A stretch of 64,000 nucleotides of DNA from Takakia lepidozioides (GCA_030704615.1 CM060732.1:58404001-58468000); one strand, 5' to 3'; counted from the stretch's first letter, positions 24,277 to 37,800 are shown. Program-made: numbers and translations. The notes: generated by a model from the sequence alone, not told the origin.

Positions 24277-25179
24277 GACCTACAACTAGTGTATCATGGG
24301 GGTGTTTCCTATTTGTTTCCCTTTTGGCATTCATGTTAGCTACCTTACCATTGATAATTAAGTATCAGTTTGCTTTATCAATCTATTGGATTCCATCAAC
24401 TCATCCATTCATTCCACAGCTTCACTCAGATCTCTCTACACAGTGTGATTGTATCGTAAAAGTATCCGATTATGATTTATCAGGTATCAGGCCGAAGCCA
24501 TTGTGTCTCTAATCTGCTCTACAATATCATTACAGCCTTGCATATAACAAGCATCTACTCATCATCTCTCTATCTTCACTTCCGTTCTTAATCTCTGCCC
24601 GATCCCCTCTCCTCCATGACCAAGAAGTCCTCCACCGAATGATATTCCCAAAATTCCCCGCTTCTCCCTTTATCTTCCTACCCGTGGTTCTAACCGTTTC
24701 CCTCACTAACCGTCGTCTGTGAACTAACATGTTCCCTTCGCAGGTGTTGTTCCCCACAGTCGTTCCCTGTCCTGCTCTCCGTTCCCTATGATCGTGACAG
24801 CTGTGTCAAGCTGTGACTGGCTGTGTGAAACTGTGACGAGCTGTGACTGGCTGTGCGACTCTGTTTGGCTGTGTGGCTGTGTCGGCTGTGTCGGGCTGTG
24901 TCGGCTGTGTGGCTGTGTCGGCTGTGACGACTGTGACGGGCTGTGTCGGCTGTGTCTGCTGTGATGACTGTAACGAGCTGTGTTGGCTGTGTCGGCTGTG
25001 ATGACTGTAACGGGCTGTGTTGGCTGTGTTGGCTGTGACTACTGTGACGGGCTGTGTAACCCCCCTCTACAGTGCGCTGCTGTCACCCCTAAGGCTCCTG
25101 TTGGTCTCAGTCTGTGCAAAAATTAAGGGTACCCTACAGATCCCGTTTAAGTGTCTAAGTCCCAGACAGTCCTCTAACA
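24169..25179 (-). repeat. 5' LTR (1011 bp)
   Basis: Matches 12029-12938; about 100 bp longer, mainly in the GGCTGTG minisatellite. Confidence 0.95.
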
Positions 25180-25745
25180 GGAGCCTCATCGTATATGGTC
25201 CGGGATGCATTGTCCGGGGCGTCATCATTCTCTTGTACCCTCTCTATCCAACCTCGGCCAACATCAGCGTCATCATGACCAGTCTCTTCCTCCTCCGCAT
25301 CTGCCTCGCCCCATGTAGATCCCCGACCATGATAGATACGTCTTCCTCTTGGCTGAGCATGCACAACCACCTTCCAATTTCCTGATTTGGAGAAAAAAAC
25401 TTGCTCCATGTCTGAAGGCCATGAAAAAGGTTCATCGGAGGGACGATGAGTAGACTCGAGCCTATCTGTATTGACGCGCATGAAACCACATTCGTCTTCC
25501 ACTATTGTTGCGGATGGCCCCACAAGATGTGGCTGGAACCACCTTGCCTTGAAGATAAGAGGCTGGTGCCTTGTATATTGAAGTTGGAGTATGCTCTCAA
25601 GCTCTCCAAAGTAGTTGAGTGTGCTCATGGTAGGTCGTGTATCTCCCCTGCCCCACACAGAATCTTGCCAATATGAGACACACAAGCCAGAATCAAATGT
25701 TGTTTTGCGCTTCATGTCAAGAGCACGAATGCAGAATCTTACGAG
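25180..25745 (-). mobile_element. CACTA (En/Spm) Tnp2-type transposase C-terminal fragment, DUF4216-like
   Basis: TFDSG...YFGELESILQLQY...FKARWF...DECGF..V...DEPF..P..MEQVFF...WKVV..AQPR pattern. Confidence 0.85.
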
Positions 25746-25837
25746 TGGATGTGGGTTCAAACCACCTTGTTGGTTGTTACAAAGGTGTCCACCTTCCTAC
25801 CGGAAGCCGGTTATGGACTAGGTAGCCGGGGAGGCGA

Positions 25838-25929
25838 GACCGGCTACGGGGTGTAACTGGACACCAGGAGTGCCGAGATGCGGGAGCGTCAAATGATTCT
25901 TGATGTCTAGCTACACCCCGTAGCCTGTC
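25838..25929. repeat. GC-rich foldback with a stem of about 30 bp
   Basis: GGCTACGGGGTGTAACTGGACACCAGGAGT pairs with ATTCTTGATGTCTAGCTACACCCCGTAGCC; mismatches within this core are transitions. Confidence 0.85.
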
Positions 25930-26037
25930 AAGCCTTCCCATCTACCATACATAATTGAGGTGGTGGTGGGCTATGGCTGGTGACATGCTTGTCGAGGACA
26001 AATTAGACACTGCCACGTAGGCAAAATGCCTCCAAAC

Positions 26038-26812
26038 CGGTGTTGGATTGGTATATAGGGTTTGGCCGGGCATCACCGAGGGTATTGAATAACCGACCCG
26101 ACTGGTATTGGCTATTGTAATACTAGGGTTAATAACCGGACCAGTTGGTACTGCTAAAGCCAATACGGGCCATCCAATACCCGTATTATGGGCAAAAAGA
26201 AGGACTGTACCATGGTATAAATATGAAATTGGGCGGGTACACATATGGGAGGGCATGTCCAGCCCCAAGGTCCGCCACTATTCTTCATTTTTTAGCACAT
26301 GATTGATGAATTTGAGGACCTCATTGTAGATGCTGGTTTATTTGACGATGATGAATATGAGGACCTCATTACAGATGCTCGTTTATTTGACGATGAGGGT
26401 TGCAATCCAGTCTTCTTTTAACTAAGCTTGCTTCATTTTGCATACTAAAATCTGCAACGTTATTATGTAATGCAAAGTCTGAATTTTGCAACATAAAAAT
26501 TAATTTCCTTGTGAAATCAAGTATGCTTCTAATTTAAATTAAAGACATATTAATGATAAAAATTATTTAGTGGTTATTTTAATTTTAATTTTAATTATTT
26601 ATATCGGGGGTTGATAACCGGCTGGTATTCTTGGAATACCCATCCTATTGATACCCGTCTGCAAATCAAAAATCATACTACTATTGAGAACCGACAGATA
26701 TTAAAATTAAGTGAATCTTCCAATACTATGGAACCGGCTGGTATTGAAAAATAATTTCTTTTCAATACCAAGACCCGGCTCGTATTAGAAAAGTGATACC
26801 CGCCCAACACTG
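26038..26812. mobile_element. Non-autonomous hAT-type element (MITE), 775 bp
   Basis: Termini CGGTGTTGG...CCAACACTG; 8-bp TSD CTCCAAAC at 26030-26037 and 26813-26820; many ACCGG/ATACC subterminal motifs. Confidence 0.92.
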
Positions 26813-29084
26813 CTCCAAACCTCGGTTATGGGTCTATGGCTACGGAGTTGGGATCAATTGTAGTTGGTTCTTCAGCTGATACCTATTGCAGGAGGCGGCA
26901 AGACGTAGTACACTAAGGGGTACACAATCACCGCTCCAACCCACTGGCCAAACGATATGTAGGCCACTCCATTGGAATTGCAATAGTGCGAAATGCGGCC
27001 GACTCTTGCAACATCTCCAGCACCATTTCTCCAAATGGAACAGGATGTTTACTGTGTTGGACTACTAGCCGAGACAACGATCACACACTGGCGAATCCTC
27101 TTCTGTTGGCTAGCTACAATTCCTGATCGTAGCAAAGTCTCCTGAAGAATACAAATCTGAAATTTTATACAGCAGCTTTGAGACACTGTTGAGTTCGAAT
27201 TTTATCATCGTAACAATCCAAGAATTGAGCAATCTCAATATTGGCTAGTAGCTGGAAGATGTTTGCTGAAAATTCTGGTCGGGTGGTGGGGCCCATCACA
27301 TCTCCATGGACTACCTCGACTACCTCCAAGGAGATAGTAGCGTTAGGACTAGGAATTTTCTTGGAAGGGAAAAAATTATAACTATCTTCATGCAGGTAGT
27401 TTCATGACTACCTCCAGAAGGAAAGAAGGACAGAAGCCCTCCCTTTCTCTTTTCTATGGTCGTCTTGGCTCTCCACTTTACCTAAGTTAGGGTTCATGAA
27501 ACTTTCCTGTTGTAAGGAAAAGAAAAAGCCGTAGCGGTTTTGAATGCGGAGAAGCTCGGTACCCATCTAAACTCTTGATTGCATGTGTATATGCTCTGGC
27601 TTGTGTGAATCCACATGCATGGGTTCGGGATGCTGTAGCAGTTTGTGGGATTGTTTTTCATGCGGTATGTCGATGTGCGAGGAAGGTGCTTTCTGAGTAC
27701 AAGTTTAAACGTCAGCCCTCAAATCAATTCCGTGTAACCGGTTCTCTGAGCTGTGCGCCAGCGCAATGGTAATGTCATACCTTGGGGATGCATCCCCAGG
27801 ACCAGCTCCCAGTAACCTGCTGGGACTATCTGCCAAGGGTCGTTATGGATAACCGATTATCATACGGCCCTCGCCGTAGCCCTGGACTTTAGAAAGTTTC
27901 TAGTTTCTCTCTCTCTTTAGAAATTTTGTCGCTAGGAAAACCCGAGAAATGTTGAAAATGCAAGAAACCACAATGTTGAGAAATGTATGAAGGCCAAGTG
28001 TGCACTCAAGCTCTTGCCGACCGTAGCTTGCTGATCAATGTGATGTCCCAACTGTTCATTGCTGTTGTTCTGTGTATCTCTTGCTGTAAATTGATCCGTT
28101 TTGAAGTTTTCTCAGCGTGGGTGTGCATCGTGAGTAGAATGTCTCTTTAATACGGGACTAATAGACAGACATGCAGACATACAAACCTATTTATCCAGCC
28201 TTTCAACCCAAGTCGGGTTTTCTAACTACTTTCGAGGTGGCTGTCACGTATATCACTAACTGTACAAGGGTAATGCCACTAACCAGAAGATGCATCGATC
28301 CAGAGAAAATAATTTCTGTCTAGAGATAAACCCCTCTGACAGGAATCAAATGCCCGCATCACCAGAGTTATAGAGAATACTCATCGACCGTTCCCTGGAG
28401 CGAGTGACAGTCTTATTTGACCATTTCCTGTGAACCTTGTTGCCATGTTAGGGCATAGTCCCCCTGGGACTCTAATCTTCCTGACCCTGGTAGTTGGGAT
28501 TGAGCCCACCAGGGTATCTGAGACTTATCCGAAAATGTCCATAGGAATCATACAAAGTGATTGGTTAGTTGATGTATGAGCTAGTTTAGACATGATGCTA
28601 GAAAGCACAATGTTGATTCCATCGGCAGGGAGGTGCCTAGAAAAGGGCAGTGATTGGTTAGTTGATGTCCCTTGCTTTCATTGGCACTGTAGTTGTTGAC
28701 AGACAAATTCATAAATCCTGAAAATATCCTAACACTGGCAACACAGTGTACCATGCAGATAGGCATATATGCAAACTGGAGAAGGGCTGTAAGCACCCTT
28801 ATGCGGCTCTTTTAAGATTCGTTTTTGGAGACATCATTGTGAGCAACTTGAGTGTTTAGAGGATAGATAGACAGTTACCCGTTGCTAATTAATTTGTTGG
28901 TTTCATTGGATTTGTTGAAGATGTTGCCAATGTGCTTTAGAGGCCAAGAAAGACAGGGAGGAGGGAGGGCAGTTACACTCCTGATCATTTTTCCTTTCCT
29001 GCAGGGGGTGCTCTTAATAAGGGAAACTCAACTGAATCACAGAGTCAGACTATTACTAAGTCATAGATAGAAAAAGCAGAGATA

Positions 29085-30263
29085 ATGAGTATAGCAAAGT
29101 GGCAAAAAGTTGTGGAGCTGGAAGAGGAAAGTACAACGGTAGCCTCAAGCGCAAAGGGTAAGGAGGGGCCATGGAGTAAACTGCCCGAGGATGTGATGGA
29201 GAAAGTGTTTGCAAGCCTGCCTTTGCACACCCTTCTTCGAGTGCGTGCTGTTTGTCTTAGATGGAAACGTGTTATCTCTTCCTCTGCTTTTACAAAACTT
29301 TATGCACAAGTATCTCCCAAGAGTCATTGGTTTCTCATGTTCCCACAGGGGAAGCATCGGGGGAGGGTTGCAGCCTATGACTCAACCCTCAGCAAGTGGC
29401 ATGAGCTTCCGTTCAAGTTCCTACCTGTTGAGTTTGAGTGTGTGGCATCAGCAGGAGGGCTACTTTGTTGTAGGAGTACCCAGTCTCGTGTCTACCTTTT
29501 TGTTTGCAATCCGATGACAAGGACTTTCCGCAAACTTCCCCGCAAGCTGCAGCACCACCAGGATCCAGCCATTGGTATGGTCATTGACAGAGATACTGGA
29601 GGATACAAGGTGATAGTGGCTTTAGCTGTTGTAAGGAGGGCAAGTAATATTGGGTCTGTTGAGATCTATGATTCAACAAGCAAGCTTTGGGTTCTTAAAG
29701 ATCCCATACCTTCAGACTATTGTGTGAGAATGGTCACTCATCCCCACCCTACCTTTCACAAGGGGTCTTTGCATTATGGCCTCTCGATTGAGGGTGGCTT
29801 TATTTCGTATGATATAGAGCGCGAGGTGTGGAGTAAGGTTCAGGGATCACCCCTGATAAGACCGTCATATCTGGCTCCTCATCTTTTTGTGAGCCAAGGA
29901 CGGCTTTTTTTTGTGAGCCAAGGACGGCTTTTCTGTGTCATTCTTACAGGTGAAAATATTCGGGGCTTGGTTGTCAGGAGCGTGAAGATATTTGAGCTGC
30001 ATCAAACCAGCCCAGTGTTGTTGGAAGTGACCAGGATTCCGCCTGCTTTTGGGGAGTATCCACGATCTATCACAGTTGCTGGCCATATCAACTCAAATGT
30101 TATCTGTGTCTCTTCTCAGAATTGCCCTAGAATTTTATTGTACAATATGTCTGAAGACTCTTGGGTCCGAGTTGCTAACTTCCCAGATCGTAGTAATCAT
30201 CTTCCACGAGTAGGTCCTGAGTCAGCATTTGCATTTGAGCCTAGGCTGGATAGACTCGTCTAA
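29085..30263 (+). CDS. F-box protein with kelch-like/FBA beta-propeller C-terminus, single coding exon
   Basis: WSKLPEDVMEKVFASLP...LRVRAVCLRWK F-box; VASAGGLLC, VCNPMT, YKVIV, VEIYDS motifs; FEPRL end typical of plant F-box/kelch proteins. Confidence 0.95.
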   Translation: MSIAKWQKVVELEEESTTVASSAKGKEGPWSKLPEDVMEKVFASLPLHTLLRVRAVCLRWKRVISSSAFTKLYAQVSPKSHWFLMFPQGKHRGRVAAYDSTLSKWHELPFKFLPVEFECVASAGGLLCCRSTQSRVYLFVCNPMTRTFRKLPRKLQHHQDPAIGMVIDRDTGGYKVIVALAVVRRASNIGSVEIYDSTSKLWVLKDPIPSDYCVRMVTHPHPTFHKGSLHYGLSIEGGFISYDIEREVWSKVQGSPLIRPSYLAPHLFVSQGRLFFVSQGRLFCVILTGENIRGLVVRSVKIFELHQTSPVLLEVTRIPPAFGEYPRSITVAGHINSNVICVSSQNCPRILLYNMSEDSWVRVANFPDRSNHLPRVGPESAFAFEPRLDRLV

Positions 30264-31868
30264 GATGGGTATCAGCATATCTTGTTATTGCTGCCCAAAA
30301 TTGCACACTTTTTCTGTTTTGTAAATCAGACAATACTAGTGTTATTCTTTTGGTTTGCTCTCTATTCTCTGATTTGCAGTGCAACAACAATAAGCAGCTG
30401 TGCTCAAGACAGTGACCAGCATGTGGGGAGTTGACCTTTGGCTTTCTTACTACAATGTCAATGCCAGCCCTTAATGGCCCACCTCATTGTTTGCAGTTCG
30501 GTCTCCATTTCACCTATTTAGGAATGTTCTTACTCTGCAAGGGATCATCACCTCACTCCCTGTGGTTTCTTATTTTCTCTTTCTACTGCATTTGTTTTAG
30601 TAAAAATATGTTTGGTTTAGTTTTGATTGATTACTCCTAGTCTGGTTTTCCTGTGTTGTGCTGCAAGTTCGGCAACAATAGATGCTTCAAATTGGATTGC
30701 ATGGATGGCAGTCACACTCGTTAGTGACTGGAGATGGGTGAGAATGTATGGGCTTTGCTACCACTACAGCTAACATTTTGTTCGCATGATTGGAAGGACT
30801 CCAATATGAGGGACCTTCATGTATTTTGCAAATCAATTCCATCTGTTAGGCCTTTTCTCACTCTGTTGGTACCTCCTGACTCTTGAGTTATGGCTTGAGA
30901 AAATTGAAACTCTAGAATGTCCTTGGAAGTTCGAAGAGCTTATGGAGCAAAAGGAAGCAGGAGACAAGCAAGTAGAGAAAGAAACTTTATAACCTCCGTT
31001 CAAAGAGCACAGGATCCCACAAGACAGGGTACTCGCTCACTCGGTGAGCCTACAATCTGTCCAGTATCTACTACCTAAGAGGCAGAGAATCAATTTCTAT
31101 TTCTCCTCCACATACTGGGAAATCAGAGTCAGTATTACTGTTTCTTTCAAGATTCTCCATGTTTGGCAGGGGCCTTGACCCTTCTCAAAGAGAAGCTGAA
31201 GTGCTTCGCAAGAGGACATCTGTTTCCATGCCACATTTTTCATGTATTTTATTTGGTTCTCTTGTATGCTACTGTCTTGGAGATCATGCGCTATAGATTT
31301 CTCCCCCTCATTTGCTTGTATCTGTTATGGAATTAGTCTTCTCTACGTCTCACTGTTCCTCAGTAGATGAGAAAAGTGATCATATACATATAGAGGTCCA
31401 ATGGAACACAGACAACATGACAAATGCTCTTTAAAGTTTTTGGAGGCAACACTCTCCACGAACGTCGTGTGTAGATGCGTTGCGATGCTCCGCGTTTCAA
31501 GATATAGTTTCCAGGCGTGACTCTATTATCTAAAGCGATGTGCAAGTGTATCATAAGAGCAAAGCACAAGAACCACGACTGTCAGGCATGCTAGCACACG
31601 TCTGTGGACCACACTTTATTTTGGAAGTTCCATCTCTGCGTTCCCACATGAAAATCTCATAGGGTACACAAAACTGGACTAAACCGCCTAGTTTGCAAGG
31701 GCCTATTAGCCCCTCTCTCACTGTTTCCATTTACTTATTTTCCCCTGATAACGGTAACCCACAGATCTCTTTCTGCATCTCTCTCTTTCTGGAATGTAAT
31801 TTTGTGCAGACAATTTGGTGTGCCCCTCAGTGTGGTGCAAGCGGTGCAAATTGGGTTGATCCAGGGCA

Positions 31869-34800
31869 ATGCCAGAGCTTCGGGGTGCGTCCCAAGGGCC
31901 GATCAACCACACATGTGTGCGGGGATGTTGCCACAGTGACCACCTCAGTCTAGCCATACCGAAGGCTGACATTGAACTCATATCCGAAATTGCACGAGGT
32001 TTGCTGCTCTCTGGCGTTTTAGGTCTTTCTTTGATTTTCAGAGTCATCCATCCCCGAGCCTGATCGCTTCAGCATTCAGATTCTCAGAGACAGAGAAACA
32101 TGAGAGTGGGTAAAGGTCACATACAATCGCTAATTCCTTTCAAGATCCGTTTTGCAACCATGTATGGATGCTGAGCGCCTGGCCAAAATTATACACGCTC
32201 ATGTTCGATTTTCAACATGAGTGGACTTCGAGGATCTTTTCCACGCGAGTTAGAAAGGATGTACTCATAATTCTTTTATACTGAACCCATGCCGTAGCCT
32301 TGCAACTACAAATGCGGAGGTGTAGAATCCCACATCTGAAATTCGGATTTTCATAAGCTGTCAGAATCAACATCGTCGTTCTCATGAGATCAAGCTCGAA
32401 TCTTCCTGTTCTCAATTACCAGCATTGTACAGAGATTGTCGGTAACAGAGAGTGTCATTTTCCCACTTTTTCCTCCGTACCCTTTGTCAAGGGTGGAAAG
32501 GTCGGGGGCGGGGGTGTGGGGGGCTAGGCGGGAATGAAAGGAAGGTGATAGTAGTTAGTGACAGAAGATGTAAAAGCAATGGTGGTTGTGATTTTTTCAG
32601 GGGCAGAAAGTGTGGTGTATGAGGCTCGTTTATGGGGCCAGCCTGTAGCTGCGAAGAAGCCCCGCCTGTCCACAGTTGACGATATGGACCGATTTCACAC
32701 TGAACTGCAGATAGTTAGGTTGGTCTGTTGTGAATCATCTTGGCAAAAACTTGTCACAAATTCAAGTCCAGATCTGAGGTTGGAATTTATTTGGATTGAG
32801 GATCTCGGGATCGAATTCTTTTGTTTTTACATGTGCCAAGCGCTAGGAATCATTTGTATTCCCTCTCAGAAGAATCTTGAAATGTACTGGGAAGAGAAAC
32901 TGCAATGAGTCGTACAAATGATGGGCCCTAAATAGCACCATCACAGACACAGTCATCCCCACACTTAATTATGGAAAGATGTGAACACAATTACAGGCTG
33001 TCTCATGGAAACATCCAACATTTTGTCAGTTTTGTGGGAGTTTTTGTACCAGAGGTGAGCTCGTTCTGTCTCTCCCATTAATTATTTTGTTCCGGTCTGA
33101 GGGCCACATTGCTACATCCACAACAATCTGCTGAATACCTGGTTCTGTCTGTCCTCCTCTCTCAAACCACACTCAAGTAGGTGTCTGTGGATCATTTGGT
33201 GGGGGGCTCAGCAAATTGGATCATCCGAATCTAGCGGCGATGGTGGGTGCGCGGGCTTATCCTCCCGACTATTTTTTCCTATTTCACCTCTATGAACATG
33301 GCAGCTTGGGCCATGCCCTGCATGTTGCAGATTGGAGGCCAACTCTACAGCAGATCCTGACAATTGCCACACAACTGGGTTGGTTCTTCAGCCTGCCTCC
33401 TGAACTCGCCACATTGAAGTCAGGAACTTCAACCTTCTGCAGCCTAGGAATCTAGGTCCTTCCAAGTGAACATTGGATATGATATACCCTTGGAGGCATG
33501 CTTTGAGATTGCCATAGACCTTGTACGCACAGACAACGACACTTCAGTTGATGGAGTGTATTTGTATTTAAGGGATGGCTTGACGTCATTAAGGTTCCTT
33601 GTTTCTTACCCACTCTCTCACAGAGGTCTTCCATTATGAGGTGCTTGGCAGCTTACCTGCATGAGGTGTTGACTCTTAGACAATCCCTAGGGGTCCCTCT
33701 CTCTTTCTTCTTTCTTTCTTTCTCTTGTCCCATAAGCTCTTTGAGCTTTCTGTGGACGTTATAAAGTACCATTTCATTCCCCCCCCCCCCCCCACCCCCA
33801 CTCCACCCTATTTGAGGGCCGCTTTGCTATTTTGGTTTTCTTCCTGCTTCTCTTTCTTTCTTTCTCTAGATATCATCCAAAATAATGATATGTAGAGAAA
33901 GAGAGGAAGAGAGAGAGAGATGTTGTTTGCCGTAGCCTTGTGGCCATACACCCCCGCCCAGTTTGGGCAGAACAAAAGGGAGCAAAACTACCTTTGTGAG
34001 GGTCTCACTTTGGTGGTGTTACTTACCTTCCTTCACACAAGCATCAACTTGCTGTGTGTGAGCTGCCCCGCAATTAGACCGTTTGGGCGGAAGAGAGATT
34101 GTACTCATAAGACGTGTTTGCTGTAGCCTTGTGGCCATTGACCCCGCGCCCAGTTTGAGCGAACAAAAGGGACAGAACCTACCTCTGTCAGGGGCTGACG
34201 TTGGTAGTAAGACTTACCTCCATATATAGAATAGAATAATCCGGGTTTTTCCAGATATCCTCTAGAAATCCCTTCACACAAGCATCAATCTGCTGTGTGT
34301 GACTTGCCCAAAACTAGGCCTCAGGAGGGCCTGGGCTTTTGGCTCAGCCTCGAGACTTTCAAAGTTGGTAAACAGGGGTACAGGCACAATACCCTTAATA
34401 GATTTGAAGAGAGCGTCTCTTTGGTGAGAGAACCCCGGACAGTGTATCAGAAAATGAATACTGTCTTCAGATGCCCACACAACGGGCAATTGCACTCTCC
34501 CTTTCCTCTCTGCTTCTGTTTGCTGTTCAAAGGTAGGCTTCCTGCCCTGAGTTTAAATTTCAGTCTAGTACCGAGAGTGGGTAGACCCTTGAGGTCATCC
34601 AAGATGTCCTCCCCCATGTCACAGACTGGAAACAAGTTCAGGGAAGTTTTCTGCCTAACTTCATTTTCATCAGACAATCTCATGGCAACAGACATGGCTG
34701 AGGACACTACAGCCTCTAAGTCAGATTTATCCAGCAGGGTCAAGACTTGCGGATCCAGGTCCAGGTCCTTGAGGATCTCTTCTACTCTCTTCTGCCAGGA

Positions 34801-37800
34801 CTTAGCCTGTTTGACAGGGCGGTCCTGTTTCCAAGATATAGAGTCGATTAACTTAGGATATCTGGTGTTGGGCATAGTTGCAGCTGACCCCACCATCTGA
34901 CCTTGAATTCATCTCGTCGGGAGCTTAAGGACGGAATGCCAAACTCACCCCGAACAGCCACATTGGCTGTTTTGGAGCATGCTGACATACACTCCTTAAG
35001 CACCCCCACTTGAATGGATTCTAGAGACTTAGCCTGGTTGGAGTTATCAACCCATATAGCAGATCCGTACTCCAAGGCAGGTCTAATAACGCGACAAAGC
35101 ATGGTTTTCTTAACCTCAGAGTTGACCCCGGAGAGGGAGAGAGAGAGGGAGAGAGAGAGAAGACTGGCCAAAGAATAGAGGCTGATAGAATCAAAGAACA
35201 CATGGCTATGTCTGCAGTGTAGCAAATCCCTGAGCTACTTACAAATCAAGGTTGATAAGTTGATGATTATTTGACTCTTTGCTCTTTGGCAGCAAGGGCA
35301 TTGCAGTACTTGCACAAGCAAGGCGTAGTACACCGCGATGTGAAGCCTGCCAATATTCTGGTATCCCTTTCCCTTAGCTGAATATCTCCCCTTTTTGCTA
35401 GATCTGTTTTTGGCTTTTTAACTGCATTGCGCTTGTTATCCGGAAATGAGAAAATCTCTTGTCTTGCTGCCCTGGAAATGATCATTTCCATTAACCTTGT
35501 GGTATCTAGATGCACACTTTGGCTGGTGCCTTTGAATGCTAGCTAGGACCTACCCTTGAGGGCAGAGTCCTTGTGGGAACTTTACCCTCTCTGGAGAGGG
35601 TGTAAACTCAGTCTGAAGATTGCGTAACTCTGAAACAGCTGGCAAAGGTTTGGTTGCAGGGGCTGTATATTTGGGTGAAGAGAGACGAAGAGAAGAGAAT
35701 ATCAGGAGAATAGAATGTACTCATAAGACGTTGTTTGCCGTAGCCTTGTGGCCATTGACCCCGCGCCCAGTTTGAGCGGAAATATCAGGAGAATAGAAAC
35801 AGAGAGTGAGAGAGGAGGGTGGCAGAGGTTTCTACGTGTAAACTCAGTTGTCTTGTTCTGCTAGCTTGACGGTTGCTGGGGAGCACATTTAGGAGACTTC
35901 GGACTTGCCACCAACGTGGCAGATTTGGAGAAGCCCAGTGTGCAAAACTGGAAGTCCTCAGGAAAGCCAACAGGGGGATTCCACAAAAAGAACATGGTTG
36001 GAACATTGCTCTATATGGCTCCCGAAGTGTTGAAGAAGGATGTGCAATCAGAAAAGTCTGATGTCTATGGATTTGGCATCACTATCAAGTGAGCACCTTT
36101 GTTTGAAATCTTTTGTCACGTATTCTTCAGAGTTTTATGCACAGGGACCCAACCATTCAGTGGAAGCCTCACAACTTTACATGAGCTAAGCAAATGTGAT
36201 ACCACAAAAAAGAAGATGGATCACAGTAGAACATCTATTTTCTCTTTTTGTTCTGTGGACTAAGACAACGGGCAGTGAACTGATGACAGGCGTTGTGCCG
36301 TACACCGACCGTAAAACAGAGGCTCAGGTCAGTGCAATTTTTTCCCCACGAATGCTGCTATTTCTTCTTGTGAGAGGACTTCTAATGGTTCTTCAGGATC
36401 GGTCAATCTGTGGAGTGAACTAGACTGGAAATGAGTCAAGCTTGTCATGTGAATGTGTAAGGCTAGGTCTCCTTTAGTCACGTTCTCTTTTTCCCGCAGC
36501 CTACCCATTCCATAGTGCAATAGCACACTTATTTTCTTGAATGCATGCTCTTTACGTGGGACTCCAGGCACATACGGTTCTAGAAATGAACTACTCAGAG
36601 CAACAGCTCTCGGCAGCAGTCACGTCACAGGGATTGCGACCAGTTCTGGCAGGCCCTGAGTCAGGGGTGCCACCTAGCCTTGCTTCCTTGATCGAGCAGT
36701 GCTGGCATGGTGATGCTGCACAGCGTCCCTCTTTTGACTATATTGTACAAAGCCTGATTGAGATTGTGGCCCACACTTCCCTGGAAAACTCAACTTTGTC
36801 CAGTGAGAAGCAGAAACCAAACCTATTGCCTTGCACACTCCAGAACGATGCACTTGAACCGGTTTTGAGCTATACCCAGCAGAACACAGATGTGGGCTGG
36901 GCAGCTAGGGCGATTGAGGGGTGGGGCCAAGCAGTTGCTGGACAGCTGTCTGTCTCTCCAGGTTGGCTTACTTCATCACCTGAGGAAGCATCAGCTTATC
37001 TGCCCACCCTGTCATGGGGCTCCTTTGAGACTAAGGGTGCTCGGCAAACAATGGAGGACACACATTTTTTGGTGCCTCATTTGGGTGGTGCACAACACGT
37101 CTACTTGTTCGGTGTTTTTGATGGGCATCGAGGTAAGCCTGTATACAAGCATATGTAGAATGATGAGCAGTCCCCATGTGGTTAAAAGCAAAGAGCATAA
37201 GTTGCCTCTCTGGAGAAGTCAAACAATGGTGAATTGTTCACAAGGATTTAAGATGTGTCATTTGTTTGTGAAAGTTTTGCAGTAGTATGTAGCTGTCTCC
37301 ACAGATTTGATGCGGCCTCGGTTTCAGGGGGTATTGCATGTCATTGGCTGAACAGGTCCTGAGGCAGCTGAATTCGCAGCACTTGCCATCCCCCGCTGCT
37401 TATTGTCAAAGAGCTCAACTATGAGGTACATCTTGGGCTCCTAGTGTTGGTCTTAAAGGAGGGGGAGAGAGAGAGAGAACAGGAGACCAGGAAAGCTGCA
37501 CTATTTATGTTTGGCACATGTGTTTAGTCAGGTTTTGTTATTAAAGAAGCGAGAGAGTAGCAGCCACAAAGACTTTTTGAACTCATAATGGTGGCTGGGT
37601 TTGGAATCGCTGACCTGGTCAGCATTTTGCGAAGTGTAGCCCACAGGAAGCGTTAAGTGCAGCATTTATTGAAACGGACGCTATCTTCCGTCGTGAGCTG
37701 GAAGTCCAGCGGTCTTGGAGGAAAGGGGGTGGCGCAGACTGGCACCCTGGATGTACTGCCACTGCAGCTCTTGTTATCAACAATATGCTGTATGTAGCAA

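Larger units (their letters stand above)
12029..25179 (-). mobile_element. Full-length Ty3/gypsy LTR retrotransposon (13.15 kb), non-chromovirus type with extra ORFs
   Basis: TG...CA LTRs at 12029-12938 and 24169-25179; 5-bp TSD GGAGC at 12024-12028 and 25180-25184; PBS and PPT present; domain order gag-PR-RT-RH-INT; no chromodomain seen. Confidence 0.97.
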
